A stretch of 64,000 nt of DNA from Chlorokybus atmophyticus (Eukaryota > Plantae > Mesostigma and Chlorokybus algae): contig RHPI01000385.1 of NCBI GenBank assembly GCA_009103225.1, positions 187,898 to 251,897 of the forward strand. The letters are read 5' to 3'. Shown here in pieces: positions 11,661 to 25,122 of this stretch; position 1 is the first letter of the stretch, and the number at the start of each line of letters is the position of its first letter. A model generated the notes under the pieces. That model searched no databases. It had not been told where the DNA came from and saw only the letters and a list, made by a program, of their open reading frames with translations. Both the position numbers and the translations under genes were made by a program.

Positions 11661-12498
11661 TGTCACGCCCAAGAGGCAAGGCTTGACTCGTTCTCATGTA
11701 CTGCATGCTATAGCATAGCTTGACAGTTGGTTGCAGAGCTCATTCCATGTGTGAGTACAATGCATAGTGGATTGAGGTTTGCAATTAGTCTGTGAGCCCA
11801 AGGATCTTAGGCAAGAAACTGTACAAGTGCTGAGCAGCCAGCACAAGGCCATTCAGTACGCAGTCACATGATGTGATGTGACATGCTCTGTTGCCTCATG
11901 TGAGGACAACCGCGCGTTGGTGTCATCCGCGTAAGGGTGCTCTGCGAAATCAAGCAGACACTGATCAGTCGAGTGTTGTGCTTGACTTGTAGTGCTATAG
12001 CCTACGGTGACGGACCACATGGCTAAGGTCAGCACGTGTGGAGGAGAGGGCACTTAGCTAGCTGGCTGATAAGGTGCACCTCTGCTGCCAATATGTGGCC
12101 AAGTGGAAGGCAGCAGATAGGGGTATATAAGGAGGATGCTGGCAGTGGCCAGACATCACTAGTTGGGGGTTTCTTATGCCCACTGCTGTGAGGGGTGCTT
12201 GGCGGTAGCTGTTCAAGGGGCCTTCCCATGCTCTATGTTGGGTAGGCTGTGAGCTGTGTGGTGTGAGGAGCGGAGCAAGGAGGTCTGCCTGCTACACGGG
12301 TTTGCCTTTTGGGAGCCTGCCATGAAAAGGAGGACTTACGCTTCCCCTGCTGTGACGGTTCTGCTTAGAGACTGAGTAGAGCTGTATTGCATACACTATG
12401 GCATGACTGACAGTGTTTGCACATGTATGCTAGTGCTCAGTTGTATTGCTTAGCTAAGTTGTTTGAAAAAGAACTGGCCCTGGGTGGTCAGCCTTGCA
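11661..12498. mobile_element. Probable solo LTR, 838 bp
   Basis: Starts TGTCACGCCC, like the neighbouring solo LTR, and ends TTGCA. Flanked by GTCAT on both sides, inside a gtcatagtgtaggtggta repeat. Internal TATATAA near 12124. The inverted terminal match is weak. Confidence 0.55.
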
Positions 12499-12767
12499 GT
12501 CATAGTGTAGGTGGTAGCTGAGTAATTAGATTGATAACGCCCCGTGATAAGTAGTACTTGCTGCTGTTGGCATGCTGTGCGCTCATTACTTGAATGTAAC
12601 ATGCATGGACATACGCACCTCATTTCATGTACATTGTGGCACATGTATCTACACAGCCAGCCAGGGACCAATTCCCGCCCACTTCACTTACAGGTACACT
12701 ACCTAGAATTCAAGCATGGCTATCAATGTGCTTATGTATACACACATGTACATGCTCAACTCTTAAC

Positions 12768-15700
12768 TCAATCAAGGCATGCCCCCTCTGCTCCTGCATC
12801 GTCATCCAAAGCTTTACGCTTGTCGGAGCGTTGCGCGCGCAGCTGATTACAAAGCTGTGTGATCGTCATTGCTTTTCCTCGACGGTGTTGTGTGTGGTCA
12901 TTTCTGTGAGCATTAAGTCGCATTGCTGCATCCTCTTCAAATATGCCAAAGGGCCGTCCTCATTACATGCTAATAGATGCTGTTGCGCTTGTTGAAAAGC
13001 TTCGCCATGGCGCGGTCTCCTTGCCGCCAGGCTGTCTTATGCAATTGCATAAGCTCTCTGACCGCTGGTCCACCATCCAAGCCGGATGTGTATTCGGTCC
13101 AGGTGTCCACTACAGTCGACAAATCCTTCTGCAACTGATATTTTGGCGGAATGCCACGTGCGTTCGACTTAGCGTGAGGGAGTGGTTGCGACGTCGATGC
13201 ACGATGTGTATCTCTGGCAGGTGCTGCGGAGCGTACGTTATTGCCTGCTGAGCTGTCCGCTCCGAAGTGCACTCCCTGTTGTGCAAATCCTTCACGCATG
13301 AAGCGCTCCATGCAAGTGAGTCTCACATCCACAGACGCCTCGAAAGCAATCGCATCTGCTGCTGCGCTGTCCTGGTCCATCACCATCTGCAGTAGCTGCT
13401 CTTGCTGTCGCATGATGACGGCAATCTGCACAACAGTTAATATTAACATGTGTTTAATTATACAGGCTGTATATTGAAATGAGTTTGACACATTACATTA
13501 CATGCTCAAAATAACATACCCGCTCAGGCAGTGTGTTGTACTGTGGGTTTGGCGCAGCCATTGACTGATCGTGAGCAACACATACTTATGCGGCCCAAGC
13601 CTCAAACTCAGGAGTCTGGAACATAGGGTGTGCACACACGCTCAGAGCGGCGAATCCGAACTGCTGCACATCGCCCCGCGTCAACGTTATGTCACGGCGC
13701 ATCACAGCTACATCCTGAGTGATCAATACAACAAGTTATGCATTGTTCACATATGGGCATTGAAAATTTGCATGACCGCATAACGTCAAGCATGTTTCTG
13801 ACCTGAGCAATGACGTCACGCATGTAATCGAGGAACTCGCAGTGCTTGTAAGCGGCATAATCGGTCTAACCAGACGCTCTCTCTCTCTAGCAATACACGC
13901 TTGTTAATAAACAATTGAATAAATAATAATACAACATACAAAAAAAAGCACATAATGTCTGCTCATATCGCGCGTATCGCCTCCATAGCCTCATCAAGCC
14001 ATGGGAAAATCTCACGTCGTAGTGTATGCGATAGTGCAAATCGAGAGCGCGCCATAATATATTTCGATGACAGTTGCTCACCACCGTGCCCGGCTATCAC
14101 AGCGCAAGTAGCCATGTCCAACTTGATGACGTACGACAATAAAAAGTGCTCATTGTTCCATCTTCCATTCTGCTTAATCCCTTGCTCTGTAGCGCTGCAT
14201 AGCATAAGTATATAAGTTTACGTGCTAGCAGCCATTCACCATTGAAGCAACAACACATGTAAGACTTACCCTGCATTCATAGCCTGCTGCGATGACTCCT
14301 TTTGCGAAGCATGTACCTTCTGCCTCCCGCGCACAATGTCGCACTCTTTAAACGCCTCACAAGCGTTAACGTACTGCTGCTTGTATGACAGATGCTTGCT
14401 GGGGTCTTCCCCTGGAAACAGTGGTTTTGCATACCTGTTAAAATGATCACAAGTGTGTTGACTCAATTATATATGTTGCATATATAACTCAGTCATATAA
14501 CGCAGTGATATACGTTGCATTGATCGTGAGTTATAGCTATAACTCATGAGCAGCATTGACAGACTTTACACACTAACCAAGCTGCTCGTGTTGAGAAGTC
14601 TGGCGGTGGGCGCTCCTGCAAGTAATACTTATGGAAGAGGTGCATCGCCATTGCATTCTGCCAGCACGCTACTGGGGTCCAATGCCTGAGCCCGCCAAAG
14701 TATTCAACTCCACTATTCTGTTGAACAAACATATATGTGGTTAACTTATGTGGTACCGTATGCATTGTGCATTACACTCTTATTAAATCAAGCCGTGCGC
14801 ATGCAACATATATACCTTGTTCATCTTGCCGTTTCGAGACACAAAGCACAGGATGACGCCTTGATCCGGGCTTTAAAAGGTCTTGTCGAGCTTGTAAATG
14901 AAAAGATCGCAGATCTCTACAGCGCGAGAAACATCTCCACGCATGAGACACACGTGCCGTAAACATAAATCAAGCTTAGAGTGCATACACAAAATGTTAG
15001 ACAATAAACATAATGCAAACACAAGCATCTGACTACTGTACATACCGTGCTCTCAGTGCTGCTGCGTGCCCTAATCGCAGCGCCTTTTGCAACCAATATC
15101 CGCTCATCCGTCGATAATCATCTGCAGTGTACGACTCCGCACCCGTGCCGGCCAACCGATCGCGAAACTCATTGGTATAACAATCGAACATAATGCATAA
15201 GGTAAATAAATAAGCAGTTGTGCAATGAAACATACTTGGACTGCAATACTATTGCAGTCCAAGTATGTTTCAAGAGCAGGTGTGTGTATTATACAGTGTG
15301 TAATACACACACATGCTCGAAGTGTAGTACATGCATGCAGTGTTTATGCTTCTGCTTTGCTGGAGATGTTTCGTTTGGCTACATCTAAGATAAGCTGCAC
15401 TGCTTGCTTCTTTCGCAAGTCTTCAGGAAAACAGTCATCTACAACACTTTGATCTTTCAATGCATCCTGCAAGCCCTTCACATAATTCTCCAAAGTGCTC
15501 CAAGGCTGGTCTTGTTTGAAGATTAGAAACTCTAACGCGCGATCAATGGTTACGCGCGTTAGTAAGCCATGCTCTGTGCACCAACCCTGCAAACATGTAC
15601 ATGCACACTTCAGTCAGCATGCCATCATGTCGTTACACATTATGTTGATGCTCCAAGACACTTAGGCCTCATACCTTATAAGCCTTTATAGCGCGTGTAT

Positions 15701-15817
15701 AGGCAGCTCTTGTGGACGATGGTCGAGCTGCTTGCTTGGCCAATAAGAGATCCGACACTGTTCGTTTGCGTACGGCGCATGCTGCATAACATTATCATCA
15801 AAGTCTTCGTTGTCCAT
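12768..15817 (-). mobile_element. CryptonF-type tyrosine-recombinase transposon gene (Ndc10-like YR plus GCR1_C domain); spliced and decayed
   Basis: RPSSTRAAY..WC (core-binding domain), HVCLMRGDVSR (R), RNGKMNK (K), GGLRHW..CWQNAMAMHLF..PDF....W, KVHASQK (HxxR site, R to Q), GRWNNEHFLLSY (Y), AGH..IFPWLD, and GCR1_C-like YQLQKDLSTVVDTWTEYTSGLDGGPAVREL..WRQ. In-frame TAA at about 14873-14875. Confidence 0.85.
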
Positions 15818-15844
15818 TGTGGCTTGACGGGCGTTCCTGCCCAC

Positions 15845-16425
15845 ACCTCATTGAGTTGCCACAGCAAGACACAACAACAGCAACCACCACCACCAGCCCT
15901 TGTGCTGGTCGTTGTTGTTGTTGCTACAGCAAGACACAACAACAACCACAACAGCAACAACAACGACCAGCACTAGGGCAGGTTGTTGTTGTTGCCACAG
16001 CAAGACACACCAACAACAATAACGACCGCAACAACAACAACCAGCACAAGTGCTGGTTGTTGTTGTTGTTGCTATAGCAAGACACAACGACAGCAACAAC
16101 AACCACCAGCACTTGTGCTGGTTGTTGTTGTTGTTGCCACAGCAAGACACAACAACAACAACAACAACATCAAGCACTTGCTGTTGCCACAGCAAGTCAC
16201 AACAACAACAACAACAACAAGCACGGACGCTTGTTGTTGTTGCCACCGCAAGACACAACAACAACAACAAGCGCTAAGTGTTGCAACAGCAAGACACAAC
16301 AACAACAACAACAACCAGCAGCACAAGTGCTGGTTGTTATTGTTGTTGCCATAGCAAGACACAACAACAACAACAACAAGAGCTTGTGCTTGTTGTTGTG
16401 GTTGTGGCAACACTTAGCAAGCAAC
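15845..16425. repeat. Tandem array of about 55-60 bp units, each with an internal hairpin
   Basis: Unit gccacagcaagacacaacaacaacaacaa-CCAGCAC-aa-GTGCTGG-ttgttgttgttgtt, about 9-10 degenerate copies, no unique spacers. Confidence 0.85.
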
Positions 16426-16859
16426 AGTAATGACATGGACGACATATGCTTACAGGGTTGATGTCGCTGTGTGATGTCGCTGCGAATCCTTGCTTTGCTG
16501 CCGTGAGCTACACCTGCTCCTGACATGCCGCACCTGCATGTACGCGTGTAAGCGCGCGTATTGCAAAGACGAAGAAGAGTGATAAAGCATGTGCATGCTC
16601 ATGCGTGCGTGTATGTATGGCCAAGTGTGTGCTTTGTGTGCGTTGGTGCAACCATTTCCCCTCCCCACCCCCTTACGCAAAGGAGCCACCGCCCTACGCA
16701 CACATCCTTACGCACAGCAGCCTGCTGTGCGTAAGGATGGCTCCACCGCCGCTTGGTGCTTTAAGCCGTGCACTGCAAGCGCAGGCAGCACCTGCACCCT
16801 TAACTTATCTAATCCATGAGAGCACTAACCCCTTTTCCCACTCCTTCAAGCTACTTTCA

Positions 16860-16892
<33 letters not shown>

Positions 16893-18900
16893 ACGTCAAC
16901 GCCAACGCTCACTGGCTCACTGTTAAGCGTTAATCTCGTAACGCTTAGGCTGGGGGGAGAGGAGAACTTAATACCTAATCACTACTTGGTTATGTACATA
17001 TAACGTACCTAACCTAAATGACTGGCGGAGACATAATTGTCTACACACATAGCCGGCACACTGTCTACGTAGACAATTACTAATCCATATACGCATTCGG
17101 TATACGCCACCATTTACGGCGCCGTCACATCGGAAAATCATCTACATGAAACGGCGCAACTTCCTGTCCGATTGGTGGATTATTATCTGGAGCAGTGTAG
17201 CGCCGGCTATGGCCTGGCACAGAGCGACGGTAGCACAGCCGGGCATCAGCCATACTGTTTCTCAATTTTAAACGACCGATGCCCACCTGCAAGAATAACC
17301 GCCGTTTGCAACGCGCGAACAGAGAAGTGCTCTTCCCATTATGTTAGGTACGGCGGCGTCACTTGCAGGTCACAAAAACAGTGTCGCGCACTGCTAACGG
17401 GCATGGCCGAGCCCGGTCGGGCAGCATCGTCCGAAATTACGAAATGACCGAAGTAGGGTACACTTACCCTAATTGAGGGATTTCAGCTAATGGGGGTGCT
17501 TCTGACGGCCAACATTTATGAAATGTTGATCCAACGGTAGCAAGTCATCACTCGCCGCCAGTCAACTGCATTCGCAGGCTGGCGTTACTGTGTTGCCGTG
17601 TAGCGTGACGCGTCCATAGTGATGCGCGTGTGCATGACTGACAGAGGGTGAGACGGGAACTATCAAACTTGACCATACCGTTGCCGTGAGAAGCAGGGGG
17701 CAAACGGAACTTGCAGTAACCATCACTTCTGGTCATAATCAGGGTATACATGATAGTTATCCATTGCATAGGGATTGCATTTCATCAACGCTCTATTACC
17801 TGTACATGCATCATAGTACGCTTTGATTATATTGCCAACTAGCGGTGCGGCTGTTTGGTCGGGCCGGCCGGCCGGCATTCCTACAACCTACATCACTTCC
17901 CACGCAGGGGCCATCACACGGCACCCGCGACTGCCGGGCTGCGCGGCAGTATGTGCGGCCCGCTCATTGGCTAGGCGGCGAGTACAAGCGTTACACCTTT
18001 AAATCTACATACTTAAAAACGATCCTGGCCGTCCAAAGCACATCCAATTGATTAAACGCATGCCAATAAATGTATAATTGAGCACAGTTCTGCATACGTG
18101 GCCGCTTATAGCTGCATGTTAATCATTTTGATGTGTTACAGCAATTTTGTTGACAAATATGTTGACAGATACGCTGCAATATGGTGCAACATGGTGCAAT
18201 GCTAGCAACCTGCAGTAAAGTGTTACAAAACTCAATTCAACGTAACGTTCACGCCACGGTACGTGCAAAGATAATTAATAATTAGTGCCAAGGTTACCAT
18301 CATAAAAAGGATGCTAACTTGAATTACCTTAACGTTAAGATTCAACTAAACCAAAAATTGCATCATTAGGCCATCATTTGGTCACGCATGATATTAATCA
18401 AATGGGATCGCAACCGTGACAACAGCCGTTGCCGAAAAAGGCAGCGAAATGGCCAATCATTACAGAGTTGCGTAAAAGATGCTGAAAACTATCTCAGCGG
18501 CAATTGCTTACCAGCGGCGACCCAAAATGGCTAGAGATTCGGTGCAATTGCAGCCTAGTTAGTAGTTCAAACGGCCGCGTTTTTGGCGGTACGAGGTCGG
18601 GGTTGGCCCCATACCCCAAAGACATGCCGCCACTACTCACCCTCGTTCTAACTGATCCACTCAACCATTTCACGCTAATTGATTACACGCTATAGTGACT
18701 GCGTCATCAAACATGATCAACAGCCGAACCATGCCTACAATGATCCTACGCAGGGGCCTAAGCCGCAGCCAAAACAGTATCTTTAGATTTGCATTTCAAT
18801 AGGTGCAATGTTGGTGCAAAGCTTGCACCAACATTGCAAGTACCACTATAGACCGTTATCTCGATATTGTAACCAGCTGTCTCTACAGCGAGTATGGATT

Positions 18901-19100
18901 ACATCCTTGATGTACTAGACTTGATGTACGTAGCTACGATAGCGATATATATGATGTCGCTGTGACAGTGACATCATGTCACGACAACCATATTGGCAGA
19001 ATGCGCTCTAGTGACCACTGTCACTACTTTGAGGAAATGACATCGTCTATAGAGTGACTGTTATGCTCAACAACAAATGTGATCAGTACATCAAGGGTGT
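18901..19100. mobile_element. Possible old MITE, 200 bp
   Basis: Terminal inverted repeat acatccttgatgtact / agtacatcaagggtgt (15/16 match) and internal short hairpins (gatgtcgctg-tga-cagtgacatc; tagtgac-cact-gtcacta). A TA TSD is only partly preserved (TA/TG). Confidence 0.4.
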
Positions 19101-20819
19101 GCATGTTTCATCAATCTACCCTTGCTGATAGCATACTGGTCATCCTCCGCCGTCTTCTGCTCTTAGCGGGGTTATGCTCTTGGCGACGATAAGCGTAACG
19201 CGCGTCACATTACGTTCATCACGCTTACTATACCCATCATGCCCTACTCATCGCGCCGTCACGCGTTGCTCCCCCGATGGTGGCATAATGCTGTGCACAT
19301 GCGAGAACTATATCACCATACCAGTGGTATACGCTGTTTGTGTCCAAGCATACTCTGTTAGGCATCAACATCTGCATGTACTCAGTTTAGCTAGTCAACT
19401 CATTTTTCATGATGTTGGCGGGGTTGTTCTCTTGGAGCAAAGTCTTATGGCGGGGGGTAAACTGTATATATATATACTGTATGCGCAGTAGCGAATTGAA
19501 TTTCAACATCATGAGTCACTTTATTCAAACCTGTCAACTTGTATTATAAACGGTTACGAAAGTCTGACCGACATGGTGCCAACAAGAGGTAAAAATTAGC
19601 ATTATGTTGTGGGCTTACAATTGTATTTGCATTTTAAAGATGCAATGCATTGTACATTATACAACTCAATCAGTGTATCCGTAAATTTCAACAATTTACT
19701 GATTGTTGTAATTAAGACTGAGATCACATCTAATCACACATTGCATGTCATGGCAAACAACAGTGGCAACAATTTATGTGGATTCACAAATGGGGTAAAT
19801 ATGATTTGAGTGCATGAGCTGCAATAGACATAACATCCGGATAAATTGCGAAAACCATACATATGAATAATTCAAACAGCAATAAATTAAAATGTATGAT
19901 AATGCTCATACCTCTCGTCTAACAAGCAAATAGATAAATTTCACGATGTAAACATTTGTTTTAACTGCTTGTAATAGTATATGAATGTGTTGTTGAACTT
20001 GCTACTTTTGTGCACTTACATGATATGTATATAACAGCATAAAAAGTTGGTGTATACTCAACTTGACGAAGAATGGCTAATGACAAGTTGACATTATTGT
20101 TTATAACAATCCCTATTAAATGACTTGTGGTTGTTGTACGACTTGATCGCGTTGTGGCGATGATATTACATGTATTGAATATTATTTGCATTAAGTTGCT
20201 CGCAGCATTACTTGCGTCCTTGCCGAGAACTACATTATCATAATACGGTTTGAATTGTAAAAGTCAAGTCCACATAAGATTAACTGCTACATCTACTTGG
20301 GCAAATGCATGAGTTTTTCAAATTTGATAAAGCTTACCACATCCGACATTGCTTCCACAACTTCCACACTACCGAAGTATGTTTTTGCCCAACTCACGTG
20401 GTTGTACACGTGTGTAGGTGGATGTTGGTCGTTAGGTGTGACGTACTGCTAGCATCAAAACCCATGCGTTTCCATGTAGACCTAATACACCTCATTTTTA
20501 CAGTCAATTTTGTTAGGCACCGACGCTGGAACTTGATAGGACTACAAGCAAGCTTGCGCAGTGCATGCAGCACGCCCACTGTGCCAAGCTCTGCTGAGAG
20601 AAAGTTGCAGGCAGGCGTCGCTGCGCAGCTAGTGGTCTGGGCGCAAGCTGTTGGCTGCTTTCAAGCTGCACTAGCCTTGACTGGCGCTTGCGCTTGACCT
20701 TTGCTGGTTCTGCGGTTCATGCAGCCACCGCCAGTACTGCACTGCGTTTGGCTTGTCGTGCACTGTGCTCTTGCTTGTTTGCGCACTTGCCAGCGGCTCC
20801 CAGCTTCAACAGGCTAGTC

Positions 20820-22043
20820 ATGGCTCGCAAGCGTGCGTCTCCTGCTGGCGGAGCAGCTGCCTCTGCTGCTGCTGCTGCTGCTGAGGCTACAACAGACGGA
20901 GCTGTAGCAAAGTTGCAGTTTGGCATGGACCTGGTTGGAGTCAGGGCACGCTCAACTGCTCTGGGCAGCACTGTGCGCAAACTCCCAGACCTTGCCGAGC
21001 TGCAGACGACCGTCGCTGCTGAGCTTGCAAGGTGCCGCAAAGACAACGACAACGCCATTGAAGCGCTGCAGCGTGAAGTCGAAGGTGCCAGCGACCGCCT
21101 CAAGAAACGCATGAAGGTGAGAGCTTCAACTGAAAGAGTGCGGCCAGTGTTGCCTGTGTAGATTGAAGCAATTGTTGAGTCAAAAGCTGCTGTACCATTC
21201 TGACAGGAATCAAACCAACGGCTTTGCAACGTCTGACTGCTAGCACTACAACGGCTGCCAGGACCAGCTGCTTACATATCTTGAACATAGTCATGCACGC
21301 GTGATTGCTTGGGTTGCTTGAGTTCTAGTACTGGCTGCTGGCGTTGTGGCTGACTGGTTGTGTTCATGTACGGATTTCGCTTTACATGTACATGGACAAG
21401 CTTGTTTACCACCGAGACTTCATTGTAGCTGTCAGATCGTGTTCAGTAAATAAGCTGTACATGGACAAGCTTGTCTGATGATACCTGCGTTCTTTACAGA
21501 CAGATGTGTTGAGTCTTTCACGGGAAATGGAAGCACTAGATCGCATGTGCAGCCGGCTGAAAGCAAACATTGAGGACACGCGCTCCGAGACAGTGGTACT
21601 GCACCTCGCAAACACACTTGTTGCATAATGTGCACACGTTTTGCACATATTTCTGCGTACAGCGCACGCTCCATGCAGTAGTCATGCACATGCTTCTGGC
21701 AGCAATGTAGTGTGAATGAAGCCTGCAACTCCTGGTCAGTGCTGATATACAACGACCTGCAATGCGCTGGCATGGGTTCAGCGTCATGTGCTTCCTTAAT
21801 AATGCTGGCTATCTGGATCCTTGCGCAAACTACAGGAGAACTTTAGGAGCATATTGAACAAGTGCAGAAGCTCTGCAGGTCAGTTTTTCCAGCCAGGTTG
21901 GTTTGCATTTGCGCACCTGCTTGGCAATATGTGGCTAAACTACGCTCGAGTGCAATGCAGTTGGCAAAACTGCGCTCGAGGACTTGGCACGCAGCTTTAC
22001 TACAAAGCTGGATGATCTCCAGCACCGCTATGTGCAAACGTAG
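20820..22043 (+). CDS. Hypothetical multi-exon coiled-coil protein
   Basis: Exon 1 MARKRASP...EALQREVEGASDRLKKRMK|gtgag. Later AG/GT-bounded exons read DVLSLSREMEALDRMCSRLKANIEDTRSETV, ENFRSILNKCRSSA and VGKTALEDLARSFTTKLDDLQHRYVQT*. The exon structure is tentative. Confidence 0.5.
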
Positions 22044-22142
22044 ACACACCTCTTGTCTGACGGCATGGGCACATCCACCCGCAATTTGCGGTTGGCAGTC
22101 AGCAAGCGATGTCCTGTGTACACCTGAAGGCTTTCCCCTGGA

Positions 22143-23837
<1,695 letters not shown>

Positions 23838-24167
23838 GCAGAAGTGGCGCCACCTGGTCTACCCTAGCAGTGGGGGAGGTGGCGGCGCACAGCTACTACT
23901 TGTCCCTCCCTTCTGTTTCAACCCACAAACAGGACGCCTCAGCAGCCTCCTTCAGCGACACGTACCGTCAAACCAGGCCAACCCAGGCTCCGCCAGCAGT
24001 CCGTCAGACCAGACTAGGCCGGCGCAAGCAGTATGTCATTCATAAAGCAGATATCAAGCAGCCATCAGCGAAGTCGATGAAAAACTGATTGTGCCTATCG
24101 GGGCCTATCGGCCGTTGAATTATGTTGTAATGCTACATCGTATGGCTGTAGATCGGCGGCGGCAGGA

Positions 24168-24176
24168 TTAGGGTTT
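24168..24176 (-). promoter_or_regulatory. Telo-box (AAACCCTAA) upstream of RPL31
   Basis: TTAGGGTTT lies 84 nt upstream of the RPL31 ATG, in the intergenic region shared with uL11. Telo-boxes are established elements of plant ribosomal-protein genes. Confidence 0.55.
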
Positions 24177-24259
24177 GCTGGCTACGCTTCCGTGAGTCCT
24201 TTCGGCAGCGGGCGGCGGCGGCGGCGGCCGGGACGCGTGGGCTTGCCGCGGGCGACGCC

Positions 24260-25122
24260 ATGGCGAAGGAGGGCAAGAGCCGAAGCAAGGAGGTTGTCTC
24301 CCGCGAGTACACAATCAACTTGCACAAGCGGCTCCATGGAATGTAAGTGAAAACTTTACAGCCGGGCGTCCTGCGGCTCTGCGCCGCCATCCGGCTGGCA
24401 CAGGCTGCGCAGGGCTGGTGGATTTGGTTATTGTTGGCTTGTAGTGTCAGTGCGAACCAACATCGCAAGCACGGTATTCGGGAGTAAAGGCCTCACATGC
24501 TTAGATGCTCTTGGTCAAGAGTGAGCAATATCACCGTGATTTTGCTCTACTGTAGTAACACGCTTGCCGTATTGGCACAGCTAGCCACATTGCTTGTCAC
24601 AGGCGCCTACATTGTCGCACACGTCTGCATTCTGTGCACAGGACACGCTAAGCCTGCCACCATTTTGCATTTAGCTGGATCGTCGTTTTGGTCGACCTAG
24701 TGCTGTTGCTGGTGTCTCAAATTGCATTGCACCAGTGTAGTTGTCTGGCTCGTTGTTAAGCAGTATACTCTGTGGTTAATATACCTATACCTATTCTCGT
24801 TAGTCTGGTCAGCATGCTTGCTTACACTCTCACTGTGTGTACCTGCAGTACCTTCAAGAAGCGCGCTCCTCGTGCTGTAAAGGAGATCCGCAAGTTCGCG
24901 CAGAAAATGATGGGCACTTCAGATGTCCGTCTTGATGTGAAGCTGAACAAGCAGGTGTGGAGCCGAGGTGTTCGCAATGTGCCTTTCCGGTTGCGCATTA
25001 GGATCGCCCGCAAGCGCAATGATGACGAGGATGCCAAGGAGGAGCTCTACTCATATGTGACCGTTGCCGATGCACCAGAAGGATTGTCGAATCTTGGCAC
25101 CAAGATTGTGGACGACGAGTAA
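24260..25122 (+). CDS. RPL31: 60S ribosomal protein eL31 (exons 24260-24342, 24849-25122)
   Basis: [73 protein letters not shown]...KIVDDE*. Confidence 0.97.

Noticed and set aside
15845-16425. CRISPR-like appearance of palindromic repeats
   Set aside because: There are no unique spacers or cas genes, the units are built from CAA/TTG microsatellite, and the context is eukaryotic.
24343-24848. Intronic snoRNA in the long RPL31 intron
   Set aside because: I found no convincing C/D or H/ACA box pair by eye. A covariance-model search would be needed.
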